Below are positions 1-8,881 of a DNA stretch of 64,000 bases, in pieces; position 1 is the stretch's first letter, and the number at the start of each line of letters is the position of its first letter. Source of the DNA: Armatimonadota bacterium (GTDB lineage Bacteria; Sysuimicrobiota; Sysuimicrobiia; Sysuimicrobiales; Humicultoraceae). Under the pieces are notes generated by a model, which was not told where the DNA came from, did not search any database, and saw nothing but the letters and a program-made list of their open reading frames with translations. Location of the stretch: the NCBI GenBank assembly GCA_037443565.1, contig JBBIOB010000006.1, forward strand, positions 4,300 to 68,299, in the 5' to 3' direction. The translations under genes and the position numbers were made by a program.

Positions 1-783
1 GATGGCATCCGCGCAGTGGGTCACCAGGACGGTGTACTCCTCGAAGCGCGGGGACTCGATCTCAGCGCCAACCGTCGCGATGCTCACCGCGGCGACGGCA
101 GCCCCGGTGTGGTCATAGACCGGCGCTGCGGCGCAGCGGATGAGTTCCTCGTGCTCTCCCGAGTCGACGGCATAGCCCCGCTGTCGCACGAGGGCCAGGT
201 GGTCCCGCAGGTCGTCCGCCGAGGTGATCGTTCTGGCCGTATACCGGCGCAGTCCTCGTCGCTGGAGGGCCTGATCCAGCAGGCCGTAGGGCAAGGCCGC
301 CAGCAGCGCCTTGCCGAGCCCGGTGCAGTGGGCGGGCGCGCGCCGGCCCACCTGGGAGTACATGCGGACCCTGCGGGTGCTCTCGATCTTGTCGATGTAG
401 ACGACCTCTCCCTCGTCGAGGATCGCCAGGTGCACCGTCTCCCCGCACGCCCGGTGCATCTCCTCCAGGTGGGGACGCGCGATCTGCCGCAGTTCCGCGC
501 TGTGGACGACAAGGCTCCCCAGCTCAAACAGGTGAAGCCCAAGGCGATATCGGCCGCTGATGGTGTCCTGGGTGACGAACCCCTCCCGCTCCAGCGTCAC
601 CAGCAGGCGGTGCACAGTGCTCTTGTGGAGCCCCAGGGTGCGCGCGAGGTCGGTAACCCCCAACTCGGGGGAGGACGCAGAGAATGCCTTGAGGATTCCG
701 ACGGCCCGCTCCACGGCACGGATACCGTGGGATCCGGCGGCCTGTCTGTCGTTGTCCCGTTGTATGAGACGCCGTCTCCGCAT
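1..783 (-). CDS. IclR-family transcriptional regulator; the C-terminus runs off the window start
   Basis: Minus-strand translation reads MRRRRLIQRDNDRQAAGSHGIRAVERAVGILKAFS...LGVTDLARTLGLHKSTVHRLL (HTH), then an effector-binding domain (VHLAILDEGEVVYIDKIES...). The listed plus-strand ORF 16..789 is its antisense shadow. Divergent from the sugar ABC operon. Confidence 0.7.
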   Translation of the reverse strand, partial: MRRRRLIQRDNDRQAAGSHGIRAVERAVGILKAFSASSPELGVTDLARTLGLHKSTVHRLLVTLEREGFVTQDTISGRYRLGLHLFELGSLVVHSAELRQIARPHLEEMHRACGETVHLAILDEGEVVYIDKIESTRRVRMYSQVGRRAPAHCTGLGKALLAALPYGLLDQALQRRGLRRYTARTITSADDLRDHLALVRQRGYAVDSGEHEELIRCAAAPVYDHTGAAVAAVSIATVGAEIESPRFEEYTVLVTHCADAI

Positions 784-959
784 TCTTGAAAGAGTCTTCT
801 CTGTGCGCCGCGGCGTCTCCTCCTATCCATGCCGCACCGGCGTGATCGCCGGGAAGACTTCGGCAGGGGATGCAGAAGGTCGTCGCGAAAGGTACACCGT
901 GGCGGTCTTCATAACCCTGTTCCACGGTACGAGACAACGAGCAGTGGGAGGGAGGAGGC

Positions 960-2531
960 ATGGGTACCGAGCTGGACGGCGTGAAGTGGACGCGTCGCGA
1001 GGTACTGAGGACAACCGTCGCTTTCAGCGGGGCGGCTCTGGCGTCGTCCGTACTGACGGGCTGCCGACGCGAAGCCGCGCAGGCGCCCACACCGGCACCG
1101 GTGACCGTCGCGAAGGTCGCCGGCGCCACCCCTGAGGAGCGCGCGCTCAACGGTATCAAGGCGCTCAAGGACGCCGGCAAGCTCAAGGCCGGCGAGACGT
1201 TCACCATCATGCACCACTCCGGTCAACGCAACAACATCGTTCCCGCCCTGGAGGAGTGGAACAAGCTCACCGGGCTGAAGTTCGTGAGCGCGGAGATCGG
1301 CGCCGAGCCGGACATCTACACCAAGTCGCTCCACGAGGCCGTGGCTCGCACCGGGAACTTCGACATCTTCTTGACGTTCGTGAACTGGATCGCGGACATG
1401 GCCGAGGCCGGTCTGATCGTGGACCTGACCGACTACTTCGCCAGGTATGACCCCGAAATCGACCATGGGCCGAATGCCTACGTCCCACCGCTGGACCGGT
1501 TCACAACCACCTACAAGGGGCGCCGGTTCGCGGTGGGTGCCGACGACGACGCCTTCAGTTGCTTCTACCGCAAGGACCTGATGGCAGACCCCAACGAGAA
1601 GAAGCGGTTTGAGGACAAGTACGGCCGGCCGCTGGAGGTCCCCAAGACCTGGAAGGAGTTCGACGAGTGGATCGCGTTTTTCGACCGGCCGGACAAAGGC
1701 CTGCGGGGCGCGCACATGTACGCCGAGCGCTACTTCGCCTACACGGCCTGGGCGGCGCGGTTCGTGTCCAGGGGGGGCGCATACTTCAACGACAACATGG
1801 ACCCGATGATCGCCTCGCCCGAAGGCGTCGGCGCGCTGGAGGAGCAGGTGAAGCTGGTTCGCAACCACATGCTCCCCGAAGCCGTCACCGGCGACTGGAC
1901 GGTGGCCTATTCCCGCTTCCCGGCGGGCGCGGTGTTCTTCGCGTGGGCCTGGCCGTCGCTGGGCAAATGGGCCGAGGACCCGAAGACCTCGAAGATCGTC
2001 GGCAAGGTGGGGGCCATGGAGGTCCCGGGCACCATGCACAACGGCGATCTCATCCGGGCGGTTCCCCATGTGGTGGGCTGGAGCTTCAGCGTCTCCCGTT
2101 ACGGCAAGAACCCAGAGGCCGCCTACTGCTTCATCCAGTGGTTCACCGGCCCGAAGACCGGCCTGGAGGCCATAGCCCGCGTGGGCACGCTGGACATCTT
2201 CCGGAAGCCGTGGTTCGAGGCCGAGGAGATGAAGAAGGCCTACGGCGCCGAGCTTCTGCCCATCCTGCTCAAGGGTACCCAGGATGCGTTCCCGGACCTC
2301 TCACTGCGAGGCGCCAACGAGTACCTGGACAAGCTCAACCTGAACCTGCAGCAGGCCTTCGCCGGGACCAAGGCCCCGGAGGCGGCCCTCAAGGACACGG
2401 AGGCCGAGTGGCAGAAGATCACCGACCGCCTCGGCCGCCTGGGACAGATCGAGGCCTGGCGCAGCGAGCGGCAGGGCTACCCGGCGCGGCTCCAGGACCT
2501 GTGGAAGAAGCTCGGGAAGTTCCCGCCCTAG
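960..2531 (+). CDS. Sugar ABC transporter substrate-binding protein (family 1, CUT1-type)
   Basis: 523 aa. RBS ggagggagga lies before the ATG. The N-terminus has a twin-arginine-like RREVLRTTVAFSGAALA signal with a Cys (possible lipoprotein). Overall composition is typical of extracellular solute-binding proteins. Confidence 0.8.
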   Translation: MGTELDGVKWTRREVLRTTVAFSGAALASSVLTGCRREAAQAPTPAPVTVAKVAGATPEERALNGIKALKDAGKLKAGETFTIMHHSGQRNNIVPALEEWNKLTGLKFVSAEIGAEPDIYTKSLHEAVARTGNFDIFLTFVNWIADMAEAGLIVDLTDYFARYDPEIDHGPNAYVPPLDRFTTTYKGRRFAVGADDDAFSCFYRKDLMADPNEKKRFEDKYGRPLEVPKTWKEFDEWIAFFDRPDKGLRGAHMYAERYFAYTAWAARFVSRGGAYFNDNMDPMIASPEGVGALEEQVKLVRNHMLPEAVTGDWTVAYSRFPAGAVFFAWAWPSLGKWAEDPKTSKIVGKVGAMEVPGTMHNGDLIRAVPHVVGWSFSVSRYGKNPEAAYCFIQWFTGPKTGLEAIARVGTLDIFRKPWFEAEEMKKAYGAELLPILLKGTQDAFPDLSLRGANEYLDKLNLNLQQAFAGTKAPEAALKDTEAEWQKITDRLGRLGQIEAWRSERQGYPARLQDLWKKLGKFPP

Positions 2532-2560
2532 GGCGTCGAGGCCGAGGCGAGCAGAACCGT

Positions 2561-3514
2561 ATGGTGTACTGGTGTAGGGAGCGCGTGGAGCGCATGGCGG
2601 GGCTGCTGGGAGGCCGGATCGCCGAAGTCGCCAACAGGGACAGCACTTTCAGGGTCATCCTGGTGGCCCCGCTGCAGCTCCTGCTGTGGTTCCTCCTCAT
2701 CGTTCCCACGCTGATCGTCCTCTACCTCAGCGTGGTGAACTGGCAGCCCATCATGGGTGTGGACTGGTGGCAGGCACCGCTGGCCTGGGTGGGCAACTAC
2801 GCCCGCGTTGTCCGCGATGTCCGGTTCTGGGAGGCCATGGCCCGCACGCTGGGCGTCGTGGTCGCCGCCGTCGGCCTGGAGTTCCTCCTGGGACTGGGAT
2901 TGGCGCTGCTGCTCAGGGGCGAGTTCCTGGGCAAGCGGTTCTTCACCTCGGTGATCCTGTATCCCATGATGCTGCCCTGGGTCGTCGTGGGGCTGGTGTT
3001 CTTCCTGCTCTTCCTTGACCGCGGGCCGGTCAACTACATCATCGGCCTGACCTTCGGCCCGGACGCGCCTTTCGACTGGTACGGGCACCCTCTCTCGGCG
3101 CTCGGGGTAATCGTGCTGGCCGACGTATGGCAGTGGACGCCGTTCATGTTCCTGATCCTGTACTCGGGGCTGGGGGCTCTCCCCAAGGAGCCCCAGGAAG
3201 CCGCCATGACCCTGGGGGCCAGCCCATGGCAGATCTTCCGGTACGTCATGCTTCCGATGCTGCGGCCCATCATCTACGTCGCGGTCGTGATCCGCGCGCT
3301 GGAAGCGTTCAAGATCTTCGATCTGGTGTTCATCATCACGCGCGGCGGCCCAGGAACCTCCACCGAGAGCATCTCGCTGTACATCTACCGGCTCAGCGCG
3401 ATCTACGGGCAGCTCTCCTACGCTGCGGCGATGGCGGTCCTGATCCTGGTCATGGTGGCAGTCCTGACCCGGTACGCCGTCAAGCCCATGGAGCAGCAGC
3501 AGGTGCCGCAGTGA
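2561..3514 (+). CDS. Sugar ABC transporter permease (MalF/UgpA-like)
   Basis: Multi-TM protein with EAA-type loop (EAAMTLGASPWQIFRYVMLPMLRP). The ATG at 2561 is the start in the correct frame; the longer listed ORF 1667..3514 is an upstream read-through. Confidence 0.8.
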   Translation: MVYWCRERVERMAGLLGGRIAEVANRDSTFRVILVAPLQLLLWFLLIVPTLIVLYLSVVNWQPIMGVDWWQAPLAWVGNYARVVRDVRFWEAMARTLGVVVAAVGLEFLLGLGLALLLRGEFLGKRFFTSVILYPMMLPWVVVGLVFFLLFLDRGPVNYIIGLTFGPDAPFDWYGHPLSALGVIVLADVWQWTPFMFLILYSGLGALPKEPQEAAMTLGASPWQIFRYVMLPMLRPIIYVAVVIRALEAFKIFDLVFIITRGGPGTSTESISLYIYRLSAIYGQLSYAAAMAVLILVMVAVLTRYAVKPMEQQQVPQ

Positions 3515-4368
3515 GGGGGCTGCTGCCGCTGGTGCGGTGGGTTGCCGCGGTTGCCGTGGCCGCCGTGGTCCTGATGCCGGTGGTCTGGGCCGTCTCGATC
3601 TCTTTCAAGCCGCCAGCCGAATGGGCCGCGCATCCGCCGCGGCTTGTTCCCGAAGAACCGACTCTGGCCAACTACCAGGTCCTGTTCCAGGTGGGCAACC
3701 CCGTCGGCGTAGTGGCAGAGATGACCCGGACCGCCGAGCCGGTGACCCGGGCGTTTATCACCAGCCTGATCGTGGCCCCCCTGGCTACTGCGGCCTCGGT
3801 GGCCATCGGCTTCTTCGCTGCGTACGCGGTCTCCCGCTACCAGGTGGGAGGGCCCATGCTGCCCTTCCTGGCGCTGACGACCCGCATGTTCCCGCCGGTG
3901 GCATTCGCGGTCCCGCTGCTCGTCTATTACCGCATGCTGGGGCTCATTGACACGCGGCTGGGCCTGGCCCTCATGTACACCGGGTTCACCGTGGCTTTCC
4001 CGCTGTGGATGATCAAGGGGTTCATTGACAGCGTGCCGCGCCACGTAGAGGAGGCGGCGATCCTGGACGGCGCCAGCCGCTGGCGGGTGCTGTTCACCAT
4101 CACCCTGCCGCTAGTCAAGGGCGGGGTGGCGGCCGCGCTGCTATTCGTGTTCATCCTGAACTGGACCGAGTTTTTGTTCGCCCTGATCTTCACCAGCCGC
4201 CACGCCATCACGCTCCCCGTCCAGGTCAGTTACTATGCCGGGGCGGTGGGACGCTTCTATGGGCCCCAGGCGGCCCTGGGCATCGTCGCCTCGCTGCCGG
4301 TCGTGATAGCTGGCTACGTGATTCAGCGGCACCTGGTGCGCGGGTTCACGTTCGGCCTGGTGAAGTAG
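3511..4368 (+). CDS. Sugar ABC transporter permease (MalG/UgpE-like)
   Basis: GTG start overlaps the previous stop (GTGA). Motif DGASRWRVLFTITLPLVKGG. About 285 aa. Confidence 0.8.
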   Translation: MRGLLPLVRWVAAVAVAAVVLMPVVWAVSISFKPPAEWAAHPPRLVPEEPTLANYQVLFQVGNPVGVVAEMTRTAEPVTRAFITSLIVAPLATAASVAIGFFAAYAVSRYQVGGPMLPFLALTTRMFPPVAFAVPLLVYYRMLGLIDTRLGLALMYTGFTVAFPLWMIKGFIDSVPRHVEEAAILDGASRWRVLFTITLPLVKGGVAAALLFVFILNWTEFLFALIFTSRHAITLPVQVSYYAGAVGRFYGPQAALGIVASLPVVIAGYVIQRHLVRGFTFGLVK

Positions 4369-4370
4369 TC

Positions 4371-5441
4371 GTGGCCACCATCGCGTTGCGGCGTCTCGTC
4401 AAGCGGTTCGGCAGCACTGTTGCCGTAGACGACGTATCACTGGACATCCCGCACGGGAAGCTGGTCTGCCTGCTGGGCCCCTCCGGGTGCGGTAAGACGA
4501 CGACGCTGCGGATGATCGCCGGCCTGGAGCAGCCGACCTCCGGGGAGATCCTGTTCGACGGCGCGCCGGTGAGCAACGTCCCCCCACAGCGCCGCGGAAT
4601 CGGGATGGTCTTCCAAAACTACGCCCTGTTCACGCACATGACGACGTACGACAACCTGGCGTTTGGGCTGCGCATCCGGGGCGAGCCTCGAGAGACCGTG
4701 GACGGGGAGGTCCGCCGCATGGCGGAGGTCCTGGAGCTGACGGCGGTGCTCGACCACCCGGCCGCGCGCCTCGACCTCAGCACCATGCAGCGCGTCGCAC
4801 TGGGCCGGACGTTGATCACCAGGCCTCGGGTGCTGCTGCTGGACGAGCCGCTCAACAACATCCGGCCCGGCCTGCGAGAGATGCTCCGAGCCGAGCTGCG
4901 CCGGCTTCAGCTGGACCTCAACCAGACCGCCGTCTACGTGACCCACGATCAGGAGGAGGCGCTCTCGCTGGCCGACCAGGTCATCATCATGGCCCGGGGG
5001 AAGGTGGAGCAGATCGGGTCGCCCGACGGAGTATATCGCCGTCCCCGCAACCGGTTCGTCGCGGCTTTCGTGGGTTCTCCGACCATGAACTTCCTCCCCT
5101 GCGAGGTGACCAGCCGGGACGGGGAGCCGCACCTGGCGGGCCCCGGGTTCGTCATCCCGGCCGGACGGCGCCCGGACCTGGGACCGCGCGGGCGGCTGAT
5201 CGTCCTGGGGATCAGGCCGGAGGGGGTCCGCCTGGGCGAAGGTCCGGTTTCCGCCGTCGTCATGCTCATCCAGCCGGCCGGCGCCGACCAGATCATCGAA
5301 TTGGCCGTGGGCGACCACCGGCTGCGTGCCCTGATCCGGCCCAGCCTCAGGCTAACCATCGGACAGCAGGTGGCACTGGACTTCCCGTCGGACGAACTGC
5401 ACCTCTTCGACGCCGCCACCGGTGAGGCGCTGGATGGCTGA
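4371..5441 (+). CDS. ABC transporter ATP-binding protein (MalK-like), degenerate signature and D-loop
   Basis: Walker A GPSGCGKTT; Q-loop MVFQ; Walker B LLLDEP; H-loop VTHDQ. The signature reads LSTMQ-RVA instead of LSGGQRQRVA, and the D-loop is NNIRP. A MalK-type C-terminal regulatory domain is present. Confidence 0.8.
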   Translation: MATIALRRLVKRFGSTVAVDDVSLDIPHGKLVCLLGPSGCGKTTTLRMIAGLEQPTSGEILFDGAPVSNVPPQRRGIGMVFQNYALFTHMTTYDNLAFGLRIRGEPRETVDGEVRRMAEVLELTAVLDHPAARLDLSTMQRVALGRTLITRPRVLLLDEPLNNIRPGLREMLRAELRRLQLDLNQTAVYVTHDQEEALSLADQVIIMARGKVEQIGSPDGVYRRPRNRFVAAFVGSPTMNFLPCEVTSRDGEPHLAGPGFVIPAGRRPDLGPRGRLIVLGIRPEGVRLGEGPVSAVVMLIQPAGADQIIELAVGDHRLRALIRPSLRLTIGQQVALDFPSDELHLFDAATGEALDG

Positions 5442-6510
5442 GATCGCGCTGCGCGACGTCGCCAAGCGCTACGGTCGGATCGAGGCGGTACGCGGCCTCT
5501 CGTTCGACGTCCGCTCGGGCGAGCTGGTCTGCCTGCTCGGTCCGCCTGGGATGGGCAAGACGACTACGCTGCGGCTGATCGCAGGGCTCGAGCGGCCCGA
5601 TCGCGGCGAGATCCTGATCGACGGGCAGTCCGTCGCCGGGCAGGAACCCGGCCAGCGGGACATCGCCATGGTCTTCGAGGACCTAGCCCTCTACCCGCAC
5701 ATGGAGGGCTTCGACAACATCGCGCACCCGCTGCGCCTGCGCCGTATGCCGATCGAGGAGATCCGGCGAAAGGTCGATCACGTGGCCGACCTCCTGGGAA
5801 TCCCACACCTGCTGGAGCGCCTGCCCCACACCTTCAGCGGCGGGGAGCAGCAGCGGGTCGCCATCGCCCGGGCGATCGTGCGCGAACCCAAGATCCTGCT
5901 GCTGGACCAGCCTCTGTCGAACCTGGACGCCAAGGTGCGCGAGGTCATGATCGGCGAGCTACGGCACCTCCAGCAGCGCACGCGCCAGACTACCATCTAT
6001 GCGACCCACGACTACGAGGAAGCCATGGCGTTGGGCGACCGCATCCTTGTGCTGCGGGAGGGGACGGCCGACCAGATCGGGACGCCGGAGGAGGTCTACG
6101 CCCGGCCGGCGACCACTCTGGCCGCCACCATCACGGGCAGCCCGCCCATGAACCTGATCCCCTGCCGCTTCAGCGGCGGCCTTGCCATGGCCGACGGGTT
6201 CACCATCTCGGCCCCCGGCGCCGAGGGAGAGGGGTTTCTGGGCATCCGCCCGGAGGAGGTGCGCTTGGGCGAGGGGATCCCCGCCGTCGTAGACCTGGTC
6301 CAGCCCCTGGGCCGCAAGAAGATCGTGGAGGTCACCGTCGGGCGCGTGCGGCTCAAGGTCACCGCCGGCCCCGAGTTCGCCGGCCAGCGCGGGGACACGA
6401 CGGCGGTGGCATTCGGCCCCTCCATCGTGCGCATCTACGGTGCGGACGGCCGCCTCTCGGCCACGAGGGCGACCGGACCGCCCTTCCAGCGAGGGGGAAC
6501 GATGGGCTGA
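5422..6510 (+). CDS. ABC transporter ATP-binding protein (MalK-like), Walker-B E-to-Q and Q-loop Q-to-E
   Basis: Walker A GPPGMGKTT; signature FSGGEQQRVAIARA; Walker B ILLLDQP, so the catalytic Glu is replaced by Gln; Q-loop MVFED; D-loop SNLDA; H-loop ATHDY. Overlaps the upstream ATPase gene by 20 nt. Confidence 0.8.
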   Translation: MRRWMAEIALRDVAKRYGRIEAVRGLSFDVRSGELVCLLGPPGMGKTTTLRLIAGLERPDRGEILIDGQSVAGQEPGQRDIAMVFEDLALYPHMEGFDNIAHPLRLRRMPIEEIRRKVDHVADLLGIPHLLERLPHTFSGGEQQRVAIARAIVREPKILLLDQPLSNLDAKVREVMIGELRHLQQRTRQTTIYATHDYEEAMALGDRILVLREGTADQIGTPEEVYARPATTLAATITGSPPMNLIPCRFSGGLAMADGFTISAPGAEGEGFLGIRPEEVRLGEGIPAVVDLVQPLGRKKIVEVTVGRVRLKVTAGPEFAGQRGDTTAVAFGPSIVRIYGADGRLSATRATGPPFQRGGTMG

Positions 6511-6553
6511 AGCCCATGCCCCTCTTCGTTTTCGCTGGGGTGCAGAGCCACCA

Positions 6554-7471
6554 TTACCTGAGCTTTGATACGTCCACCTGGAAGATGATCGGGAACAACG
6601 TCGACCATCGCAGCCAGCGCTTCGATCCGGCTTCAGACACGGACCAGAGGCGGCCTTCGTCGTCGAACGTGACGTCCTCGATGCCGATGACCACCTCATA
6701 GCGCGCGACGACAGCGCCAGACTTGGGGTCAACCTTCTGTAAGACACCACGCCTGCTGTTGCTGAAGGTCAACCAGAGGTTGCCCTGCCGGTCCACCGTC
6801 GCCCCCTGGCCGTTGACGCCGATGGCGAGAACAGACAGGGCCCGATCTTCCCTGACCGTCCCCCTCCCGTTGAACTCGTCAAACAACTTCAGGCTCACGC
6901 GGTGGAGCCTAGCCTTGCTCGCCTCGTCCTCCGACGAGCCGATCCAGAGATCCGTGCCGTCGAAGGCGGCAAAGGAACCCTTGAGATCACCGCCCAGGCG
7001 TATCGTGCTTTGCAGCGCGTTCTGAGTGTGGCCGTCGTGGAAGGCCCTCTGCACGTCGATCTTGTACAGCCGACGCGTGTCCGATACGACGAGTGAACCG
7101 TCCCTGAGGTACGCCAGTCCGCCGGCGTGCCCGCAGTCGGCCGGCATGTCGAACTGCGCGGTGTAGCGCCCGGAAGTTGGGTCCACCCTGAACACCCGGC
7201 ATGGGCCCGTTGACACATTGGGATCCGTGCTCCGGTACGCTGACATGACGATAGCGCCCTCCACGTACGTGAGACCCTGGGGCACGTAGCCCTCGTCGAG
7301 CCCCGGCGCCCAGATCCGCTTCACGATGGCCTGCTCGTTGGGCACTGACCCCGGACCGGATGCCAGGTAACCCGGTCTTGTGCCCAGGACCTCTGCGGCC
7401 AGGGCGACGAACACCGCAACGAACGTGAGCGACAGAGTGCCCGACAGCGGCAGCCGGGTTCTCGCGTTCAT
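6554..7471 (-). CDS. Secreted or membrane-anchored hypothetical protein, possibly a beta-propeller (glutaminyl-cyclase-like?)
   Basis: 305 aa. N-terminal signal/TM segment (LSLTFVAVFVALAA). GC3-rich. The family assignment is weak. Confidence 0.45.
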   Translation of the reverse strand: MNARTRLPLSGTLSLTFVAVFVALAAEVLGTRPGYLASGPGSVPNEQAIVKRIWAPGLDEGYVPQGLTYVEGAIVMSAYRSTDPNVSTGPCRVFRVDPTSGRYTAQFDMPADCGHAGGLAYLRDGSLVVSDTRRLYKIDVQRAFHDGHTQNALQSTIRLGGDLKGSFAAFDGTDLWIGSSEDEASKARLHRVSLKLFDEFNGRGTVREDRALSVLAIGVNGQGATVDRQGNLWLTFSNSRRGVLQKVDPKSGAVVARYEVVIGIEDVTFDDEGRLWSVSEAGSKRWLRWSTLFPIIFQVDVSKLR

Positions 7472-7657
7472 CGGGTCACCTCATCAGGCAGCCGCACCGG
7501 AATTCGCCCGAAGCCTACTGCCGCCCTCTCTCAGACCGCGTGGGCCTTGGGAGAGACTGTGCGAGCACTTCCGGGATTCCTGACCAACGCTCATCTGGGA
7601 GTACGCTCTGACTCTCGGGGTCCGTGTTCGCGATCGCGATCTGGCAGGGGACTGCAC

Positions 7658-7709
7658 TGGAGCGGGCGATGGGATTTGAACCCACGACCCTCGGCTTGGG
7701 AAGCCGATG
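7658..7709 (-). repeat. 52-nt perfect copy of the 3' part of tRNA-Gly(CCC), from the 3' end to the anticodon loop; an att-like direct repeat or pseudo-tRNA
   Basis: 7658-7709 is identical to 7747-7798. Identity stops exactly where the tRNA 5' half begins; the flanking sequence does not fold as a tRNA. Confidence 0.6.
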
Positions 7710-7746
7710 TTCACCCTGGCCGCTAGAACCCAGTCCTGATGCGGCC

Positions 7747-7823
7747 TGGAGCGGGCGATGGGATTTGAACCCACGACCCTCGGCTTGGGAAGCCGATGCT
7801 CTACCGCTGAGCTACACCCGCTC
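7747..7823 (-). tRNA. tRNA-Gly (anticodon CCC)
   Basis: Reverse complement GAGCGGGTGTAGCTCAGCGGTAGAGCATCGGCTTCCCAAGCCGAGGGTCGTGGGTTCAAATCCCATCGCCCGCTCCA has a 7-bp acceptor stem, D- and T-arms and anticodon loop TTCCCAA. Confidence 0.85.
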
Positions 7824-7870
7824 GCTACCCCCGATTATACCACGCCCCCGGGGGACGGCTCCTGCCTGGT

Positions 7871-8689
7871 TTAGCAGATTCCCACAACCTCCACCAGGTC
7901 GCCCTCGGCATCGGCGGCGAACCGGACAACCGACATCAGGCCCCAGCGGTCGGGCTTGCGGCCTTCCACTGAATAGGCGCCGCCCCACGCCGGGTGCACG
8001 CGACGGATGTGGCAAAGGCTGAACGCGACGTCGGCATCCGTGACCTCCGCGCGCTGTAGGGCCGGGCGAGCTCCGTCGGTGATGCGCACGCGACCAGCGG
8101 CTGCCAGCTCGCTGAGACGCTCGGTCGCTGCCGCGAGCGCGGCCGTATCGACGACAACCTCCTCCGCCCTGCCGCGCTCCGGATCAAACGGCGGGCACGC
8201 CGCGCACAGCGCCTGCGCGGTCAGGACGGCCTGGGCGGCCAGCTCGGCGCCCCGCCGGTAGACGGGGCCACAGGAGAAGTCGTCGCTCCACTGCGTGAAG
8301 GCCATCGGCCTGATGACGTTGCACTCCTCGCTGCCGAACTCCCGGACGAACTGCTCGTGGAGCCAGCGCACGAGCTGGCTGACCGCAGCGTTGTCTTCCT
8401 CGGGCTCCGTCCGTCCGTGGACGAACCCGGCGAGCATCGCCCCGGCTTCGAGCGCGCCACATCGATGCCCGTAGCCGCCCCCGCCCCCGCGAAATCCGCT
8501 GGAGACTCGCATCACCGAGGCGTCGAGGGTGATTCCCAGCGCGGCCGCGGCTCCGCGCAGCACGGCTTCGGAACAGTGGAATCCCTGCTTGCGGAGATCT
8601 TCGGCCCAGTCTCCGGCGTCTTTGATCCGTTGCGCCGCGGCCGGCTGCGAGGTGCCATTGGTGTCCATCGCGACACTCCCTGTGCCCAA
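7871..8689 (-). CDS. C_GCAxxG_C_C family (putative redox-active) protein
   Basis: Motifs FHCSEAVLRGAAAALG ... GYGHRCGALEAGAMLAG match the C-GCAxxG-C-C family pattern. Confidence 0.55.
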   Translation of the reverse strand: MGTGSVAMDTNGTSQPAAAQRIKDAGDWAEDLRKQGFHCSEAVLRGAAAALGITLDASVMRVSSGFRGGGGGYGHRCGALEAGAMLAGFVHGRTEPEEDNAAVSQLVRWLHEQFVREFGSEECNVIRPMAFTQWSDDFSCGPVYRRGAELAAQAVLTAQALCAACPPFDPERGRAEEVVVDTAALAAATERLSELAAAGRVRITDGARPALQRAEVTDADVAFSLCHIRRVHPAWGGAYSVEGRKPDRWGLMSVVRFAADAEGDLVEVVGIC

Positions 8690-8881
8690 GGACTCCCCCC
8701 AGATCCGCTTCCGGGCGAGCGGACCAGAGCCCTTCCGGTCCGGCCCGCGCAGCCCCTGAGGGCCGTCTGGCCCTGCGCCCGCATGGCCGGCGCGTGCGCG
8801 GCCAGGTAGCGCGCCGACGCAACCAGGACGTTAACCACCTCAGGCGCAACCGGCGCACGATCCGCACGGACCGGCTGTGGA

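Noticed and set aside
16-789. 257-aa plus-strand ORF at the window start
   Set aside because: It is the antisense of the IclR regulator; the minus-strand frame gives a canonical IclR HTH and effector domain.
1667-3514. 615-aa ORF, and similarly 16571..18343 and 19826..21946 with long N-terminal extensions
   Set aside because: The upstream parts are read-through of neighbouring genes in another frame. True starts were placed at internal ATG/GTG codons that fit homologous N-termini and 4-nt overlaps.
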